Positions 45,043-55,374 of a stretch of DNA of 64,000 nt are shown here, in pieces. The position numbers were made by a program, and so were the translations under genes. Each line of letters opens with the position of its first letter. Position 1 is the first letter of the stretch. Source of the DNA: Alphaproteobacteria bacterium (GTDB lineage Bacteria > Pseudomonadota > Alphaproteobacteria > Rs-D84); the NCBI GenBank assembly GCA_017549445.1, contig JAFYUU010000019.1, positions 1,114-65,113 of the forward strand, read 5' to 3'. Under the pieces are notes generated by a model. It made no database searches. It saw only the letters and a program-made list of their open reading frames with translations, and was not told the origin of the DNA.

Positions 45043-46278
45043 TTATTCATCGGATGCGCGTTCTGCTTCATCGGTCGGGGCAGTTGCCACACGGGCAAAG
45101 GCATCCGCCATTGTTTTATTACCACGGGTCAGACGCTTGATTGTTAAATCCTGGGCCTTGTTATTGGCCAAACGCAGGTTGTTTTCAGAACCCAACAATG
45201 CATCTTTGGTCTTTTGCAGATGATCAATCGTTTTGTCGATTTCTTCGATTGCCTTGTGGAACTTTTCAGATGCAATGCGATAGTTCTTGCCAAACTTGTC
45301 CTTGAAATCGTTCATTTCGGCCTCGAAATTAGAAACATCGATATGTGTTTGCTGATATTCGGCAATTTGATGACGATATTGGACACTGTTTAATGCGGCA
45401 TTACGCAACAGTGTTATCATTGCTATAAAGCACTGGGGACGGATAACATACATTTTTGGATACTTATGTGATACGTCAACAATCCCAGAATTGTAAAGTT
45501 CATTTTCGGATTCAAGTGTCGAGACCAAAACGGCATATTCGCAATTCTTGGCACGGCGGTCTTTGTCCAATTCCTTGAAAAAGTCCTCGTTCTTGTGCTT
45601 GGTGGCGGTTTCGTCACTTTCGTTCTTCATTTCGAACATAATCGAGATGTATTCTGTGCCGTTGTCATAGTCACGGAAGATATAGTCGCCCTTGCTGCCA
45701 TTTACGACCTCGTTATCTTTCTCGAAGTATGCGGATTGAAATCCGGTGTGACGCAATCTGTTAAATTCAATTTCGCAATGCTGTTCCAGGGTCTCACCAA
45801 CCATCTTGGTTGACATTTTGGAACGCAAATCACGTTGACGGGCAATTTCGTCATCCTTATCCTTTAACAGAATATCATATTTGTTCTTTAATTCTTGTTG
45901 TTTCAGTTGGTTGTCTTTATCAATGGAAGCCAACTGGGACTGCAATTCCATAATCCGTTTATCTTTATCGTTCAGGGCATCTTTGTTTTTATCCATAACC
46001 GCATTGATTGCGATGGTTTTGGCCTGTTCAGATTGTGCAATCGTGGATTTTAATTGCTGAATCTGCTGGTTCAATTCGTTGATTGTTTCCTGAGATGCCA
46101 TTTTTGTCTGGTTTTCAATCAATTTTTTGTCAGTCTCATGCTTGGCCGTTTCCGCCACAAGGCGTGCCTGGACCGCACGATTAAATTCTGCATCACGAAT
46201 TTGTGCAACAACAGATGCACATGCGGTTTCATCTACGGTAAATGCCTGGCCACAATGTGGGCACTTGATTTCATACAT
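45043..46278 (-). CDS. DUF2130-like coiled-coil protein with N-terminal zinc ribbon
   Basis: 411 aa. MYEIKCPHCGQAFTVDE, then a long coiled coil, then a C-terminal globular region (GDYIFRDYD...YISIMFEMKNE). Confidence 0.6.
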   Translation of the reverse strand: MYEIKCPHCGQAFTVDETACASVVAQIRDAEFNRAVQARLVAETAKHETDKKLIENQTKMASQETINELNQQIQQLKSTIAQSEQAKTIAINAVMDKNKDALNDKDKRIMELQSQLASIDKDNQLKQQELKNKYDILLKDKDDEIARQRDLRSKMSTKMVGETLEQHCEIEFNRLRHTGFQSAYFEKDNEVVNGSKGDYIFRDYDNGTEYISIMFEMKNESDETATKHKNEDFFKELDKDRRAKNCEYAVLVSTLESENELYNSGIVDVSHKYPKMYVIRPQCFIAMITLLRNAALNSVQYRHQIAEYQQTHIDVSNFEAEMNDFKDKFGKNYRIASEKFHKAIEEIDKTIDHLQKTKDALLGSENNLRLANNKAQDLTIKRLTRGNKTMADAFARVATAPTDEAERASDE

Positions 46279-46436
46279 ATTTTATCCTTTGGTTATAAAT
46301 ATTGTTTTACACAAATATTTATAGCACCGTCAAGCGTCAATTTTGGACGTATATCTTTTTGCCCCTATGGACAAATTTTATATCACATGCTATTATACGG
46401 ACTGATTATGAAACAAGATTTCAAGGAATAATATTT

Positions 46437-46757
46437 ATGCAAATTTGTATCAGACGTGGTGCAAAACAAATCGGTGGCACCGCAGTAGAATTTATTGCCA
46501 GCACTGGCGAACGAATGATTGTTGATATTGGGCAACCACTGGACTGCGATTGTCCCAGCCCAGAATTATTACCGGACATCATGGGTCTAACACAGAAATC
46601 GGACGATATAAACCTGATGCAAGAACGTGGGGTCAAGGTGGTTGACATTCATACATCTGGACACGCAGACATTGCGAGTTTGCAAAAGTTTGCACGGGTG
46701 ATTAAAGCAAAAAAAAATTGTTCCAATACATACGTTTTATCCGGAACGATTTGTTGA
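46437..46757 (+). pseudogene. internally deleted metallo-beta-lactamase-fold remnant
   Basis: 106 aa. MQICIRRGAKQIGGTAVEF..IVDIG resembles an MBL N-terminus. It is joined directly to VVDIHTSGHADIASLQKF, which resembles an MBL C-terminal His motif. The HxHxDH core is missing. Confidence 0.4.
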
Positions 46758-46811
46758 ATTGTTTGACGGGGTTGAAATACACGATGACAACAGCACATTT
46801 CAAGTAAATTG

Positions 46812-46840
46812 AAAACGCCCCGTTTGGGGCGTTTGTTTTA
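46812..46840. terminator. bidirectional terminator (dnaK side)
   Basis: AACGCCCC-GTTT-GGGGCGTT flanked by A and T runs. Confidence 0.7.
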
Positions 46841-46843
46841 TCT

Positions 46844-48736
46844 TTATTTTTCCGAGAAGTCCGCATCAACGGTTCCGTCTTCGTTTTTCTGGTTGGCGGA
46901 ATCATTTGGTTGGGCCTGTTCGGATTGAGATGCTTTATACACGGCCTCGCCCAGTTTCATGGCACGTTCGGCCAGGGCATCGGTCTTTTCTTTCAAGGAT
47001 GTGGCCGTGGCATCGGCACGTGCCAATTCATCAGCCAGTTCTTTTTTAGCATCTTCGATTTTTTGTTTTTCTTCGGCACTGATTTTGTCGCCATGTTCTT
47101 TTAACGACTTTTCAATGCTGAATATTGCTGTTTCGGCGGTATTTTTTGCCTCGGCCAGTTCACGTTTCAATTTGTCTGCTTCGGCGTTGGCGGCGGCTTC
47201 ATCAACCATACGTTTAATTTCGTCTTCGGACAGGCCACCGTCGGATTTAATGGAAATTGCCTGTTCTTTGCCTGTGCCTTTGTCCTTGGCAGATACGTGG
47301 ACGATGCCGTTTGCGTCAATGTCAAATGACACTTCGATTTGTGGCATACCACGTGGGGCCGGTGCAATACCTTCTAGATTAAACTGACCCAGTAATTTGT
47401 TATCAGCGGCCATATCACGTTCGCCCTGGAATACACGGATGGTGACGGCGGACTGATTGTCTTCGGCGGTGCTGAACACCTGGGATTTCTTGGTTGGGAT
47501 TGTTGTGTTGCGATCGATCAAACGTGTGAATACACCGCCCAATGTTTCAATACCCAATGACAATGGTGTGACATCCAACAACAGAACGTCTTTGACATCG
47601 CCCTTTAACACACCACCCTGAATTGCAGCACCCATACCAACAACTTCGTCTGGGTTCACACCCTTGTGTGGTTCACGACCAAAGAATTCTTTAACCGTTT
47701 CGGCAACCTTGGGCATACGGGTTTGACCACCAACCAAGATTACTTCGTTGATTTGAGATTTTTCCAGTCCCGCATCCTTTAATGCTTTTTTACAAGGTTC
47801 GATTGTGCGTTCAATCAGGTCGGACACCAATGATTCCAATTTGGCACGGGTCAAGGTTGTATTAAAATGCTTGGGCCCAGATGCGTCTGCCGTCAAGAAA
47901 GGCAGGTTGATGTCTGTTGATGTCTTGGACGACAGTTCGATTTTCGCCTTTTCGGCGGCCTCTTTCAAACGTTGCAGGGCCAATTTGTCACCAGACAAAT
48001 CGATACCTGTTTGGGCCTTGAATTCGGCAATCAGGTGTTCCAAGATGCGTGCGTCAAAGTCCGAACCACCCAATGCTGTATCACCGTTGGTTGATTTTAC
48101 TTCGAACACACCGTCAATAATTTCCAAAATTGATACGTCAAATGTTCCACCACCCAAGTCATAGACAGCAATAACACCGTCTTTGTTTTTATCCAGACCA
48201 TATGCCAATGCGGCGGCGGTTGGTTCATTGACGATACGCAGAACGTTCAAGCCCGCAATGCGACCTGCGTCTTTGGTGGCCTGACGTTGAGAATCGTTAA
48301 AGTATGCAGGAACAGTGATAACCGCATCGGTCACCGTTTCGCCCAGATAACTTTCGGCATCTTTTTTCAATTTTGCCAAAATCATAGCCGAGATTTGAGA
48401 TGGGGCATATTTCTTGCCGTCCATTTCAACCCATGCGTCCCCATTGTCACCAGCGACAATTTTATATGGAACACGGGCAGCAATTTCACGCACCGCAGGA
48501 CTGTCAAAACGCAGACCCATCAGACGTTTGATTTCATAAATTGTATTTTCTGGATTTGTGACGGCCTGGTTCTTGGCAGTGATGCCAACCAACTGTTCAC
48601 CGTTCGAGGTCAAGGCAACAACAGATGGTGTTGTTCGCTGACCTTCGGAATTTTCGATAATTTTAGGTTCTGTTCCGTCCATAAAAGCCATGGCGGAATT
48701 TGTTGTTCCCAAGTCAATACCGATTACTTTTCCCAT
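46844..48736 (-). CDS. dnaK: molecular chaperone DnaK
   Basis: Start at [18 protein letters not shown], after an AAGGAG RBS. The full NBD and SBD are present ([13 protein letters not shown]...). The track ORF carries a 34-aa N-terminal extension. Confidence 0.95.
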   Translation of the reverse strand: MGKVIGIDLGTTNSAMAFMDGTEPKIIENSEGQRTTPSVVALTSNGEQLVGITAKNQAVTNPENTIYEIKRLMGLRFDSPAVREIAARVPYKIVAGDNGDAWVEMDGKKYAPSQISAMILAKLKKDAESYLGETVTDAVITVPAYFNDSQRQATKDAGRIAGLNVLRIVNEPTAAALAYGLDKNKDGVIAVYDLGGGTFDVSILEIIDGVFEVKSTNGDTALGGSDFDARILEHLIAEFKAQTGIDLSGDKLALQRLKEAAEKAKIELSSKTSTDINLPFLTADASGPKHFNTTLTRAKLESLVSDLIERTIEPCKKALKDAGLEKSQINEVILVGGQTRMPKVAETVKEFFGREPHKGVNPDEVVGMGAAIQGGVLKGDVKDVLLLDVTPLSLGIETLGGVFTRLIDRNTTIPTKKSQVFSTAEDNQSAVTIRVFQGERDMAADNKLLGQFNLEGIAPAPRGMPQIEVSFDIDANGIVHVSAKDKGTGKEQAISIKSDGGLSEDEIKRMVDEAAANAEADKLKRELAEAKNTAETAIFSIEKSLKEHGDKISAEEKQKIEDAKKELADELARADATATSLKEKTDALAERAMKLGEAVYKASQSEQAQPNDSANQKNEDGTVDADFSEK

Positions 48737-48771
48737 ATTTTCACTCCTTAAAATTTTTTTTGCTAAACACG

Positions 48772-48799
48772 ATATAGTTATGCAAAAAAAAGTTTCAAG
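48772..48799 (-). promoter_or_regulatory. candidate dnaK promoter (CTTGAAA / TTGAAA-N16-TATATC)
   Basis: -35 is the reverse complement of 48793-48799 and -10 is the reverse complement of 48771-48777. The CTTGAA -35 resembles RpoH-type promoters, but the -10 matches only partly. Confidence 0.4.
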
Positions 48800-48873
48800 T
48801 GGCAACGGGCATCTTTTCTTAAAAAAAATATGCCCCAAAGTGGGACATATTTTTCAAGATGTAATTTGCCAGA

Positions 48874-49482
48874 TTATTTTTTGGCTGCTGCCATTGCCTT
48901 GGCCTTGTCATCTTCTTCGGCAGGCATTTTACCACCAATGGTCGCAAAAGCCAATTCTGCCTGGTGCAAACCCAATTCAACGCCTGCTGGCAATACCAAA
49001 TCAGTTCCGTGAACCACGTCACCAATTGTCAGGTTCGCCAAATCAATTGTGATTTTTTCTGGTATAACATCAACCAAACCACGCAAAGCAACCTTACGAA
49101 CGGCAAAGTTTAATGTTCCACCCAGTTTCAGCCCCTTGGATGTTTCTGCGTTGATAACTTCGACAGGAACAACAACGTTTACAGGGCTCTTGACATCAAT
49201 ACGTTTGAAGTCGGCATGGATAACCGCATCAGACACAGGATGATATTGAATATCCATCAACATTGCGTCTTCGGTGCCATTGCCAGTTTCAATCTGGAAC
49301 AATTTTGTCCGCAAACCTGGTGTTTTTACCAGCATTTCAAATTCACGACCGTTCAGTTCGATTGCAACAGGGGCTTTCTTTTCGCCATAGATAACAGCCG
49401 GAATATTTTTGTTATTGCGGATGCTACGTGCGGCCCCCTTGCCTGCGACGTTGCGAATATCTGCTTTGATTGTAATTGCCAT
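48874..49482 (-). CDS. rplY: 50S ribosomal protein L25 / general stress protein Ctc
   Basis: 202 aa. MAITIKADIRNVAGKGAARSIRNNKNIPAVIYG. Confidence 0.85.
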   Translation of the reverse strand: MAITIKADIRNVAGKGAARSIRNNKNIPAVIYGEKKAPVAIELNGREFEMLVKTPGLRTKLFQIETGNGTEDAMLMDIQYHPVSDAVIHADFKRIDVKSPVNVVVPVEVINAETSKGLKLGGTLNFAVRKVALRGLVDVIPEKITIDLANLTIGDVVHGTDLVLPAGVELGLHQAELAFATIGGKMPAEEDDKAKAMAAAKK

Positions 49483-49582
49483 TTTTTATCCTTTTGGTTC
49501 AGCAATTTTTTGTTTATACACGACCTCCAAGGGTGCCGTGCGGGGCATATTATGAACTAAACTTATGAAAAAAGCAAGGTTT

Positions 49583-50395
49583 TTATTCACCAATACTTGT
49601 GTCCTTGTTAGACATCCAATTGTGGAATTTATCCACCAATGCCAATAGTTCGGACGGGACATAGGAACGGGCCATGTCTTGTAATTGTTGTGGCACGCCA
49701 TAGTATGCACCTGCGACCGCACCGGCAATGGCACCGATTGTGTCAGAATCACCGCCGATTGATATTGCATTACGCAGGGTGTCTTCGAATGATGTGGACT
49801 CGAAAAAACACTGCAAGGCCTGGGGAACAGTGCCTTGGCACGAAACATCCCAGTCATAGGTGTCACGTAATTCGTCCACCGATGGACAAGACGGGTAATA
49901 ATTTTCGTGGATATAATTGGTAATCGCTTCTTTGCTGTGGCCAGTGCGTGCCAAGAACACGGCAACAGATGTGGCCTCGGCACCTTTGATACCTTCGATA
50001 TGGTTGTGGGTGACAGATGTCACCATATAAGACAAATGTTTCACCTGATTCAGGTCTTGACCAACCCAACCCACCGCAGATACACGCATCGCTGATCCGT
50101 TGCCCCAGCTGTTGTATGGTTCGGGGACAGCAGATTCCAGCCAATGTCTGAACCCAAAGCCATAGCCCATATCAGGAAACCTGCGACCAATCAAACGCAT
50201 AGAACGAATTGTTGCATCCTGGACATCTGATTTACGGATTGTTGCATGCAACAAGGCATTTGCAACCGCAATCGTCATACAACTATCGTCTGTAATATGA
50301 TTGCGATCGGTCATAAGTTGAAAATTTTTAGTCCGAATATTAGAAAATTCATATACAGACCCTACAATATCACCAATAATTGCACCCCATAACAT
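49583..50395 (-). CDS. ADP-ribosylglycohydrolase family protein
   Basis: 270 aa. MLWGAIIGDIVGSVYEF...TDDSCMTIAVA...GGDSDTIGAIAGAVAGAYYG. Confidence 0.8.
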   Translation of the reverse strand: MLWGAIIGDIVGSVYEFSNIRTKNFQLMTDRNHITDDSCMTIAVANALLHATIRKSDVQDATIRSMRLIGRRFPDMGYGFGFRHWLESAVPEPYNSWGNGSAMRVSAVGWVGQDLNQVKHLSYMVTSVTHNHIEGIKGAEATSVAVFLARTGHSKEAITNYIHENYYPSCPSVDELRDTYDWDVSCQGTVPQALQCFFESTSFEDTLRNAISIGGDSDTIGAIAGAVAGAYYGVPQQLQDMARSYVPSELLALVDKFHNWMSNKDTSIGE

Positions 50396-50427
50396 ATCTG
50401 ATTCCCCCTGTTGATGTTTCCGATGTT

Positions 50428-50847
50428 TTATTCTGCGTATTCTGAAAAACTGTGCCGTCTGGTCGTGATATTACGGCGAACATTGCGGCGATTTTGATAC
50501 AAAATCAGTTTATCCAGTTCCGCCTGGGCGGTTTTCTTAATCCAAGAATTGCTGGCATCTGGGTGGATAAAACGTAATTGCTGGGTCCGAAGTTCCATAA
50601 ATTCTGCCTGACTGGAACGCTTGTTCAGGTTGGCACGGGACATTAAACGTTCTACACGCAGGTCAAATTCATCACGACTGATTTCATTATAGACCAGGGC
50701 ATCGCACATACCATTTAACTGGCTACGCAGGTCTGGACGATTACGAAAAAATGAATCGTAGCAATCATATGCCGTATAGTTGTGTCGGGTTGACGCAATA
50801 CTGCGAACCGCAGATGTTAAAACCGAAGATGTATTTAATGTGTTCAT
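50428..50847 (-). CDS. hypothetical protein
   Basis: 139 aa. No domain recognised. Confidence 0.4.
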   Translation of the reverse strand: MNTLNTSSVLTSAVRSIASTRHNYTAYDCYDSFFRNRPDLRSQLNGMCDALVYNEISRDEFDLRVERLMSRANLNKRSSQAEFMELRTQQLRFIHPDASNSWIKKTAQAELDKLILYQNRRNVRRNITTRRHSFSEYAE

Positions 50848-51059
50848 GTTTATCCTTTTGGTTGTCTATGAACACATTATGAAACCGTCACACGTCAAAA
50901 TTGGTCTGGTATAAAATATTTGACAGAGTTCTCTTTTTAGTTTAGCATCTTGTCACATTGTTTTTTGCCCTGTAAAGGAACGGGGCGATTTTACACATAT
51001 ATTTTCACACTTTTTATAATCAGAACAATAATAAACAATAAAAAACAAAGGATTTAGAC

Positions 51060-51344
51060 ATGGCATATGCCGTATTGATAAACGCAATAAATCAACCAGA
51101 TTGGTTAAGTAAATTGGGAATTTTAGCATTCTGGCAACCCGGATTCGAATCCACCCACCGACCGTCTGGGCCGATTGAATACCGCAGACCCGCATCAGGT
51201 GGGAATGGTGGTGGTAATAAACCAAACAAACCCAAAAAGGATAATCCAAACGACAAACTGGAAAAAATCTGGAATCAGGTAAAACAGTTGTCTAAACAGC
51301 AAATAGAAGAACTGAAAAACAGAATCAACATCAGATTCTATTAA
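51060..51344 (+). CDS. hypothetical small protein
   Basis: 94 aa with a low-complexity GGNGGGNKPNKPKKDNPN region. Confidence 0.35.
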   Translation: MAYAVLINAINQPDWLSKLGILAFWQPGFESTHRPSGPIEYRRPASGGNGGGNKPNKPKKDNPNDKLEKIWNQVKQLSKQQIEELKNRINIRFY

Positions 51345-51349
51345 ACAAA

Positions 51350-51374
51350 AACGCCCCAGACGGGGTGTTTTATT
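51350..51374. terminator. bidirectional terminator
   Basis: ACGCCCC-AGAC-GGGGTGT flanked by A and T runs. Confidence 0.55.
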
Positions 51375-52302
51375 TGCGATATGCATCCAGTACGGTTTGG
51401 TTACGTTGGTATTCTTGTTTATATTTTTCGCCAAATATCCTATACCGCAGGTAGGACCAAAACATCCGCCAGCGAGATGGTTTTTTGTAAAATAAGGTTT
51501 CTTTGGCATAGTGCCAAAAATAAGAATCAAACCAACAACTTTTATTCCAGGGCTTGTCCATACCATCATAATGAATCAATTTGCAACTATAAACCAGATA
51601 TTTGTCTGTTTCGACATCAATGGAAAGTTGCCAAATCTCACGTCCCCAATCCAGTTCCAGCGGTTTATAATTATTTTTATCAAACATAATGTTAAAAACA
51701 TCTTGGTCGGCATAAAACAGTAAATCGCTTTTCTCTTGGGTCAGTTTTATCAAACGATTTGTCATATCTTGGACCCGCCATTTGTCCAGGTCAAGCAACA
51801 TAATCCCCGAACAAAAATAAATGTGTTCCGAAGACAGGTTCAATGCCTTATATCTTTCCTGAATATATGGTTTTTTGGCGACCGTTTCTTCGCCCACAGC
51901 ACCCACAGAATATCCGTCTAAATCCGTAGAGAATAAATCGTAAATGTCATATTTTATGATTGTGTCCACGTCCAGATAAATGCATTTGCCTAAGTTTGGA
52001 CACAATTCCGGCAGAAAATATCTGAGATAATTAGATACAGTAAAATGACCGTGCACAGGAAATTTTTTGACAACACCACCCGCATCAACTGGTATAAACG
52101 TCAGGGTAAAGTTATTAAACACCCCCAATGATTTACGCATCTTTTTCTTGGTTGATGAACGTATCTGATTTTCCAGGATGTAAAAGTCTATGTGATGGGA
52201 CGTATTTGCCAGAACACTGAACATAGAAACCGTAAGTGGTTTGGCATAGTTCTCGTCTGAGACATAACATACTGGGATATGAATTGTTTTCTGTAGCGAC
52301 AT
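51370..52302 (-). CDS. glycosyltransferase family 8 (LPS/LOS glycosyltransferase-like)
   Basis: IHIPVCYVSDENYAKPLTVSMFSVLANT and the DxD-type YLDVDTII motif are present. The track start (52335) is TTG. ATG 52302 has an AAGGGA SD 5 nt upstream, so the start remains uncertain. Confidence 0.75.
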   Translation of the reverse strand: MSLQKTIHIPVCYVSDENYAKPLTVSMFSVLANTSHHIDFYILENQIRSSTKKKMRKSLGVFNNFTLTFIPVDAGGVVKKFPVHGHFTVSNYLRYFLPELCPNLGKCIYLDVDTIIKYDIYDLFSTDLDGYSVGAVGEETVAKKPYIQERYKALNLSSEHIYFCSGIMLLDLDKWRVQDMTNRLIKLTQEKSDLLFYADQDVFNIMFDKNNYKPLELDWGREIWQLSIDVETDKYLVYSCKLIHYDGMDKPWNKSCWFDSYFWHYAKETLFYKKPSRWRMFWSYLRYRIFGEKYKQEYQRNQTVLDAYRK

Positions 52303-52391
52303 TATCATCCCTTGATTTTCTGCTCTTTCTAGCAAATTATCGTCTATTATTCAAGGTATATTTATAGTATTACGTTTTCAAGTTATAAAAA

Positions 52392-52401
52392 TCTGGCGGA
52401 G
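52392..52401. repeat. 10-bp copy of the tRNA-Ser(GGA) 3' end (TCTGGCGGAG)
   Basis: Identical to 58731-58740, which comprises the tRNA 3'-terminal 8 nt plus 2 nt. It may be a remnant att repeat. Confidence 0.35.
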
Positions 52402-52464
52402 TATGATTTTATCACGACCAACCACATACAAATTCCAATTTTACAGGGAATTTACAGGGATTTT

Positions 52465-53748
52465 TTATTTCGTATGTTGTGGTTCGGCAAATCGACGCAT
52501 TGCATCATATGCCAAGCCAAGGCCCACACTGGCCATTTTGTTTGCTGATGACAATTCTGCATTTGGGAAATAAGACTGCATAACACGACTTACATATGGA
52601 ATTTCGGTCGAACCACCCGTTAAAATGACTAATTCTATGTCTGTATTTTTTATGCCTGCTTGGGCGATGCACTCTTGAACAGACTTTTCAATTTTGGCCA
52701 TATCGGACTTGATAGAATCTTCAAAAACGGAACGATTAGTTTTGACCATCGGAGCATCTGCTAAAAAGTCTAAAACTATTTCATAGTCCTGCTGTGAAGA
52801 TAGTGCCATTTTAGCATTTTCAACATAATCTAGGTTTTTATGCCCCAGACGATTTTCTATTATTTCATATAGACGTTTTGTTTTTGCCGGTTCCAGCCCC
52901 CAAACGGTATAACCGCGAACCATATTCAGTGTTTTATAATTATAAACTTCGTTTACAGACGACCATGTGGAAAGACTAATATACGGACTGGTTGGGATTG
53001 TGATGTTTTTATCATGCGATTTATATTCTGTCCCCAATCCAAAACATGGCATAAATGATTTCATTGATAGTGCCTTGTCAAAATCATTTCCGCCAATACG
53101 AACACCCGTATTAGCCAATACATCTTCGGTTCTATCCAACTTGAACTTGCGTTCTGGCGATAGTCTGATAATGGTAAAGTCAGATGTTCCGCCACCAATA
53201 TCAACAACAAAAGCAAGCTTTTCCGATGTTAAATTCTGTTCGTGTGCAAAGGCCGCCGCAATTGGCTCATACTGAAATGCGACATGTTTAAATCCGGCTG
53301 CAAGTGCGATTTTTTCCAATTCTGCCTGGGCTTGGGCATCACCAGCCGGGTCATTATCCCGGAAATGCACAGGACGCCCCATAACAACATATTCAACCTT
53401 GGTGCCTGCTGCCTTGTCAATTTTCTGTTTCAGGTGTTTCACAAAATATTCAATAATTGTATCAAAGCGGGTCATTTTTCCATTTACGACCGTCCCGCCA
53501 CGCATTGTTTGTGACCCCAAAATACGCTTCATGCTGCGCATAAAACGCCCAGAACCATCGCCATTTGTATATTTGTTTTGTGCATCACGGCCATAGTGAA
53601 CACAGTTGGTTTTCTCCGCAAAAAAAAGTGCCGTTGGGATCGTGTCTTTGCCGCCTTCTACATCCACCATACGCGGTGTCGCCCCATCAGAAATCGCAGC
53701 AGCAGAATTAGTTGTCCCAAAATCAATCCCTGCAACATATTTAACCAT
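52465..53748 (-). CDS. Hsp70-family actin-like ATPase (YegD-like, NBD only)
   Basis: 427 aa. Contains AGIDFGTTNSAAA, VVDIGGGTSDFTII, RIGGNDFD and LTGGSTEIP. There is no substrate-binding domain. Confidence 0.8.
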   Translation of the reverse strand: MVKYVAGIDFGTTNSAAAISDGATPRMVDVEGGKDTIPTALFFAEKTNCVHYGRDAQNKYTNGDGSGRFMRSMKRILGSQTMRGGTVVNGKMTRFDTIIEYFVKHLKQKIDKAAGTKVEYVVMGRPVHFRDNDPAGDAQAQAELEKIALAAGFKHVAFQYEPIAAAFAHEQNLTSEKLAFVVDIGGGTSDFTIIRLSPERKFKLDRTEDVLANTGVRIGGNDFDKALSMKSFMPCFGLGTEYKSHDKNITIPTSPYISLSTWSSVNEVYNYKTLNMVRGYTVWGLEPAKTKRLYEIIENRLGHKNLDYVENAKMALSSQQDYEIVLDFLADAPMVKTNRSVFEDSIKSDMAKIEKSVQECIAQAGIKNTDIELVILTGGSTEIPYVSRVMQSYFPNAELSSANKMASVGLGLAYDAMRRFAEPQHTK

Positions 53749-53815
53749 AAAAGCACCTCTTTTTACTTGAAAAGTTTATAACAAACTGCTTAAATGTCAA
53801 GCATAAGGTTATACT

Positions 53816-54427
53816 ATGTTTATTGTAATCGAGGGTGGTGATGCCGCTGGCAAAACCACATTGATAAACGGACTTAAACAAACAATCCAACAAAATGGAC
53901 TGGGGGGATTGTCGCCACAAAACACTCATTTTCTCAAATCACCAACCGCCCCATTTGCCCCCGTATGGAAGGATTTAATCAAAACATCCAGCCCACTAAC
54001 TCGATTTTATTTATTCCGTTCTATTGCACAAAATGATGTTGATGTTGCAAAAAAACTTTTAGAAAACGGACAGCACGTTATTCTTGAACGGTATTTTTTA
54101 TCCAGCGAAGCGTTTAATTGGGCATTAGATGAGAAAAACAATGTTACAGATCCAAATATACGTTCCGAAAACCACGTTAATTATTCTGGATTGCTAAAGC
54201 CCGACTTAGGCTTCTTTTTGGATACATCTGACAAAAAACGCGAACAAAGATTACAACAAAAAGAAAAACGATCGGATTGGGAAAATCGCGATTTTCAGAC
54301 CATATTCAACCAAAAGCTTAGAGAACTGGCCCAGTGCGACAATTGGATTTTTGTAGATACAGATAAAATGAATATCACAGAGGTATTACAATTTGTATCA
54401 GCCAGGATTATACAATATCAACGCTGA
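53816..54427 (+). CDS. thymidylate-kinase-family nucleotide kinase (divergent)
   Basis: 203 aa. P-loop FIVIEGGDAAGKTT. ILERYFLSSEAF replaces the DRY/H..S..AYQ motif. A LID-like KKREQRLQQKEKR is present. Confidence 0.7.
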   Translation: MFIVIEGGDAAGKTTLINGLKQTIQQNGLGGLSPQNTHFLKSPTAPFAPVWKDLIKTSSPLTRFYLFRSIAQNDVDVAKKLLENGQHVILERYFLSSEAFNWALDEKNNVTDPNIRSENHVNYSGLLKPDLGFFLDTSDKKREQRLQQKEKRSDWENRDFQTIFNQKLRELAQCDNWIFVDTDKMNITEVLQFVSARIIQYQR

Positions 54428-55374
54428 CGCCAATTATTGAAAAACAATGGATCATCACGATTAATTGTATATTCAACCCCGCATTTTTTTAACACATCTA
54501 ATCTATTACTATCAATACGTTTGACGGGCGTTAACAGCACATTCGATTCAGGGCATAGATCAAACCTGGTATGCCCCGAAAATAGTTTTAATATCTTTTG
54601 CCTTGTGTCATTTGACCATAAATATGTTCCATGACCAATATTATCCAGTTGCAATTTTGATAAATTAACAAAATATTCATCATAAAGTTCGTCTTGCGTA
54701 GTTCCTGTAATTATTTCACCCGCATGCAATCCGACAGTCGTTTTTAAGCCAAAGGCCTTACTTGCTTCTATTATTTCAGACAAAACACACAAATTGGATT
54801 CTAGTATGTTTTTATCAGGGTATTCATATCCAGAAATATCAAAACCAACGCAACGCGATTTAAATGGTTCTTGTTGTAATAATTTGCAAATATCAGACAA
54901 CAATTTATACGAATAATTTTTTAATTCTCCAGATTGCGTACGAATAAAGGTTATACAAATTTTACCTTTTGCGGCTTTATGCAACTTTTCTACGTCTTCA
55001 AAACCGTGAATCATCCCTATGTAACGCTTATATGTATTGTCTATGGTTATGTCAGGACCTGCAATAATTGTGTATTCTGATATTCCCAAATGCACCAAAT
55101 TAAGAGCTAACTCACGTGTTGCCAGACGGTATGTTTGATATATTTCATTTGTATTTTTTGGTTTTGTAACAGATTGCACCAGCGAATACATTTCGTTAAA
55201 CTTTTGTTGATTTAATTTATAATCGTTGCCAAACATACTAACAAAAGTATAGGACAAACCATCAGGCGACAGAATAGAATACTTATCTAAAAACGCCTGA
55301 TTTGACTCTTGTAATTTTCTATACACGTATGTAGGCGATAAAGAACCTGTAAAATGTAAATGTTTGTCTATCAT
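54418..55374 (-). CDS. adenosine/AMP-deaminase-fold metal-dependent hydrolase
   Basis: 318 aa. HLHFTGSL, IGHGTYL, HAGE and INRDDPLFF follow the order of ADA-family metal and catalytic motifs. Confidence 0.65.
   Translation of the reverse strand: MIDKHLHFTGSLSPTYVYRKLQESNQAFLDKYSILSPDGLSYTFVSMFGNDYKLNQQKFNEMYSLVQSVTKPKNTNEIYQTYRLATRELALNLVHLGISEYTIIAGPDITIDNTYKRYIGMIHGFEDVEKLHKAAKGKICITFIRTQSGELKNYSYKLLSDICKLLQQEPFKSRCVGFDISGYEYPDKNILESNLCVLSEIIEASKAFGLKTTVGLHAGEIITGTTQDELYDEYFVNLSKLQLDNIGHGTYLWSNDTRQKILKLFSGHTRFDLCPESNVLLTPVKRIDSNRLDVLKKCGVEYTINRDDPLFFNNWRQR

Noticed and set aside
45043-46278. Considered RmuC (DNA recombination protein) because of the long coiled coil.
   Set aside because: The N-terminal IKCPHCGQAF zinc ribbon and overall layout fit DUF2130-type proteins better. 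RmuC has an N-terminal TM helix and no ribbon. The call is left as DUF2130-like at moderate confidence.
46844-48736. Absence of grpE and dnaJ next to dnaK as an anomaly.
   Set aside because: Chaperone gene order varies widely. The absence alone is not informative without the whole genome.
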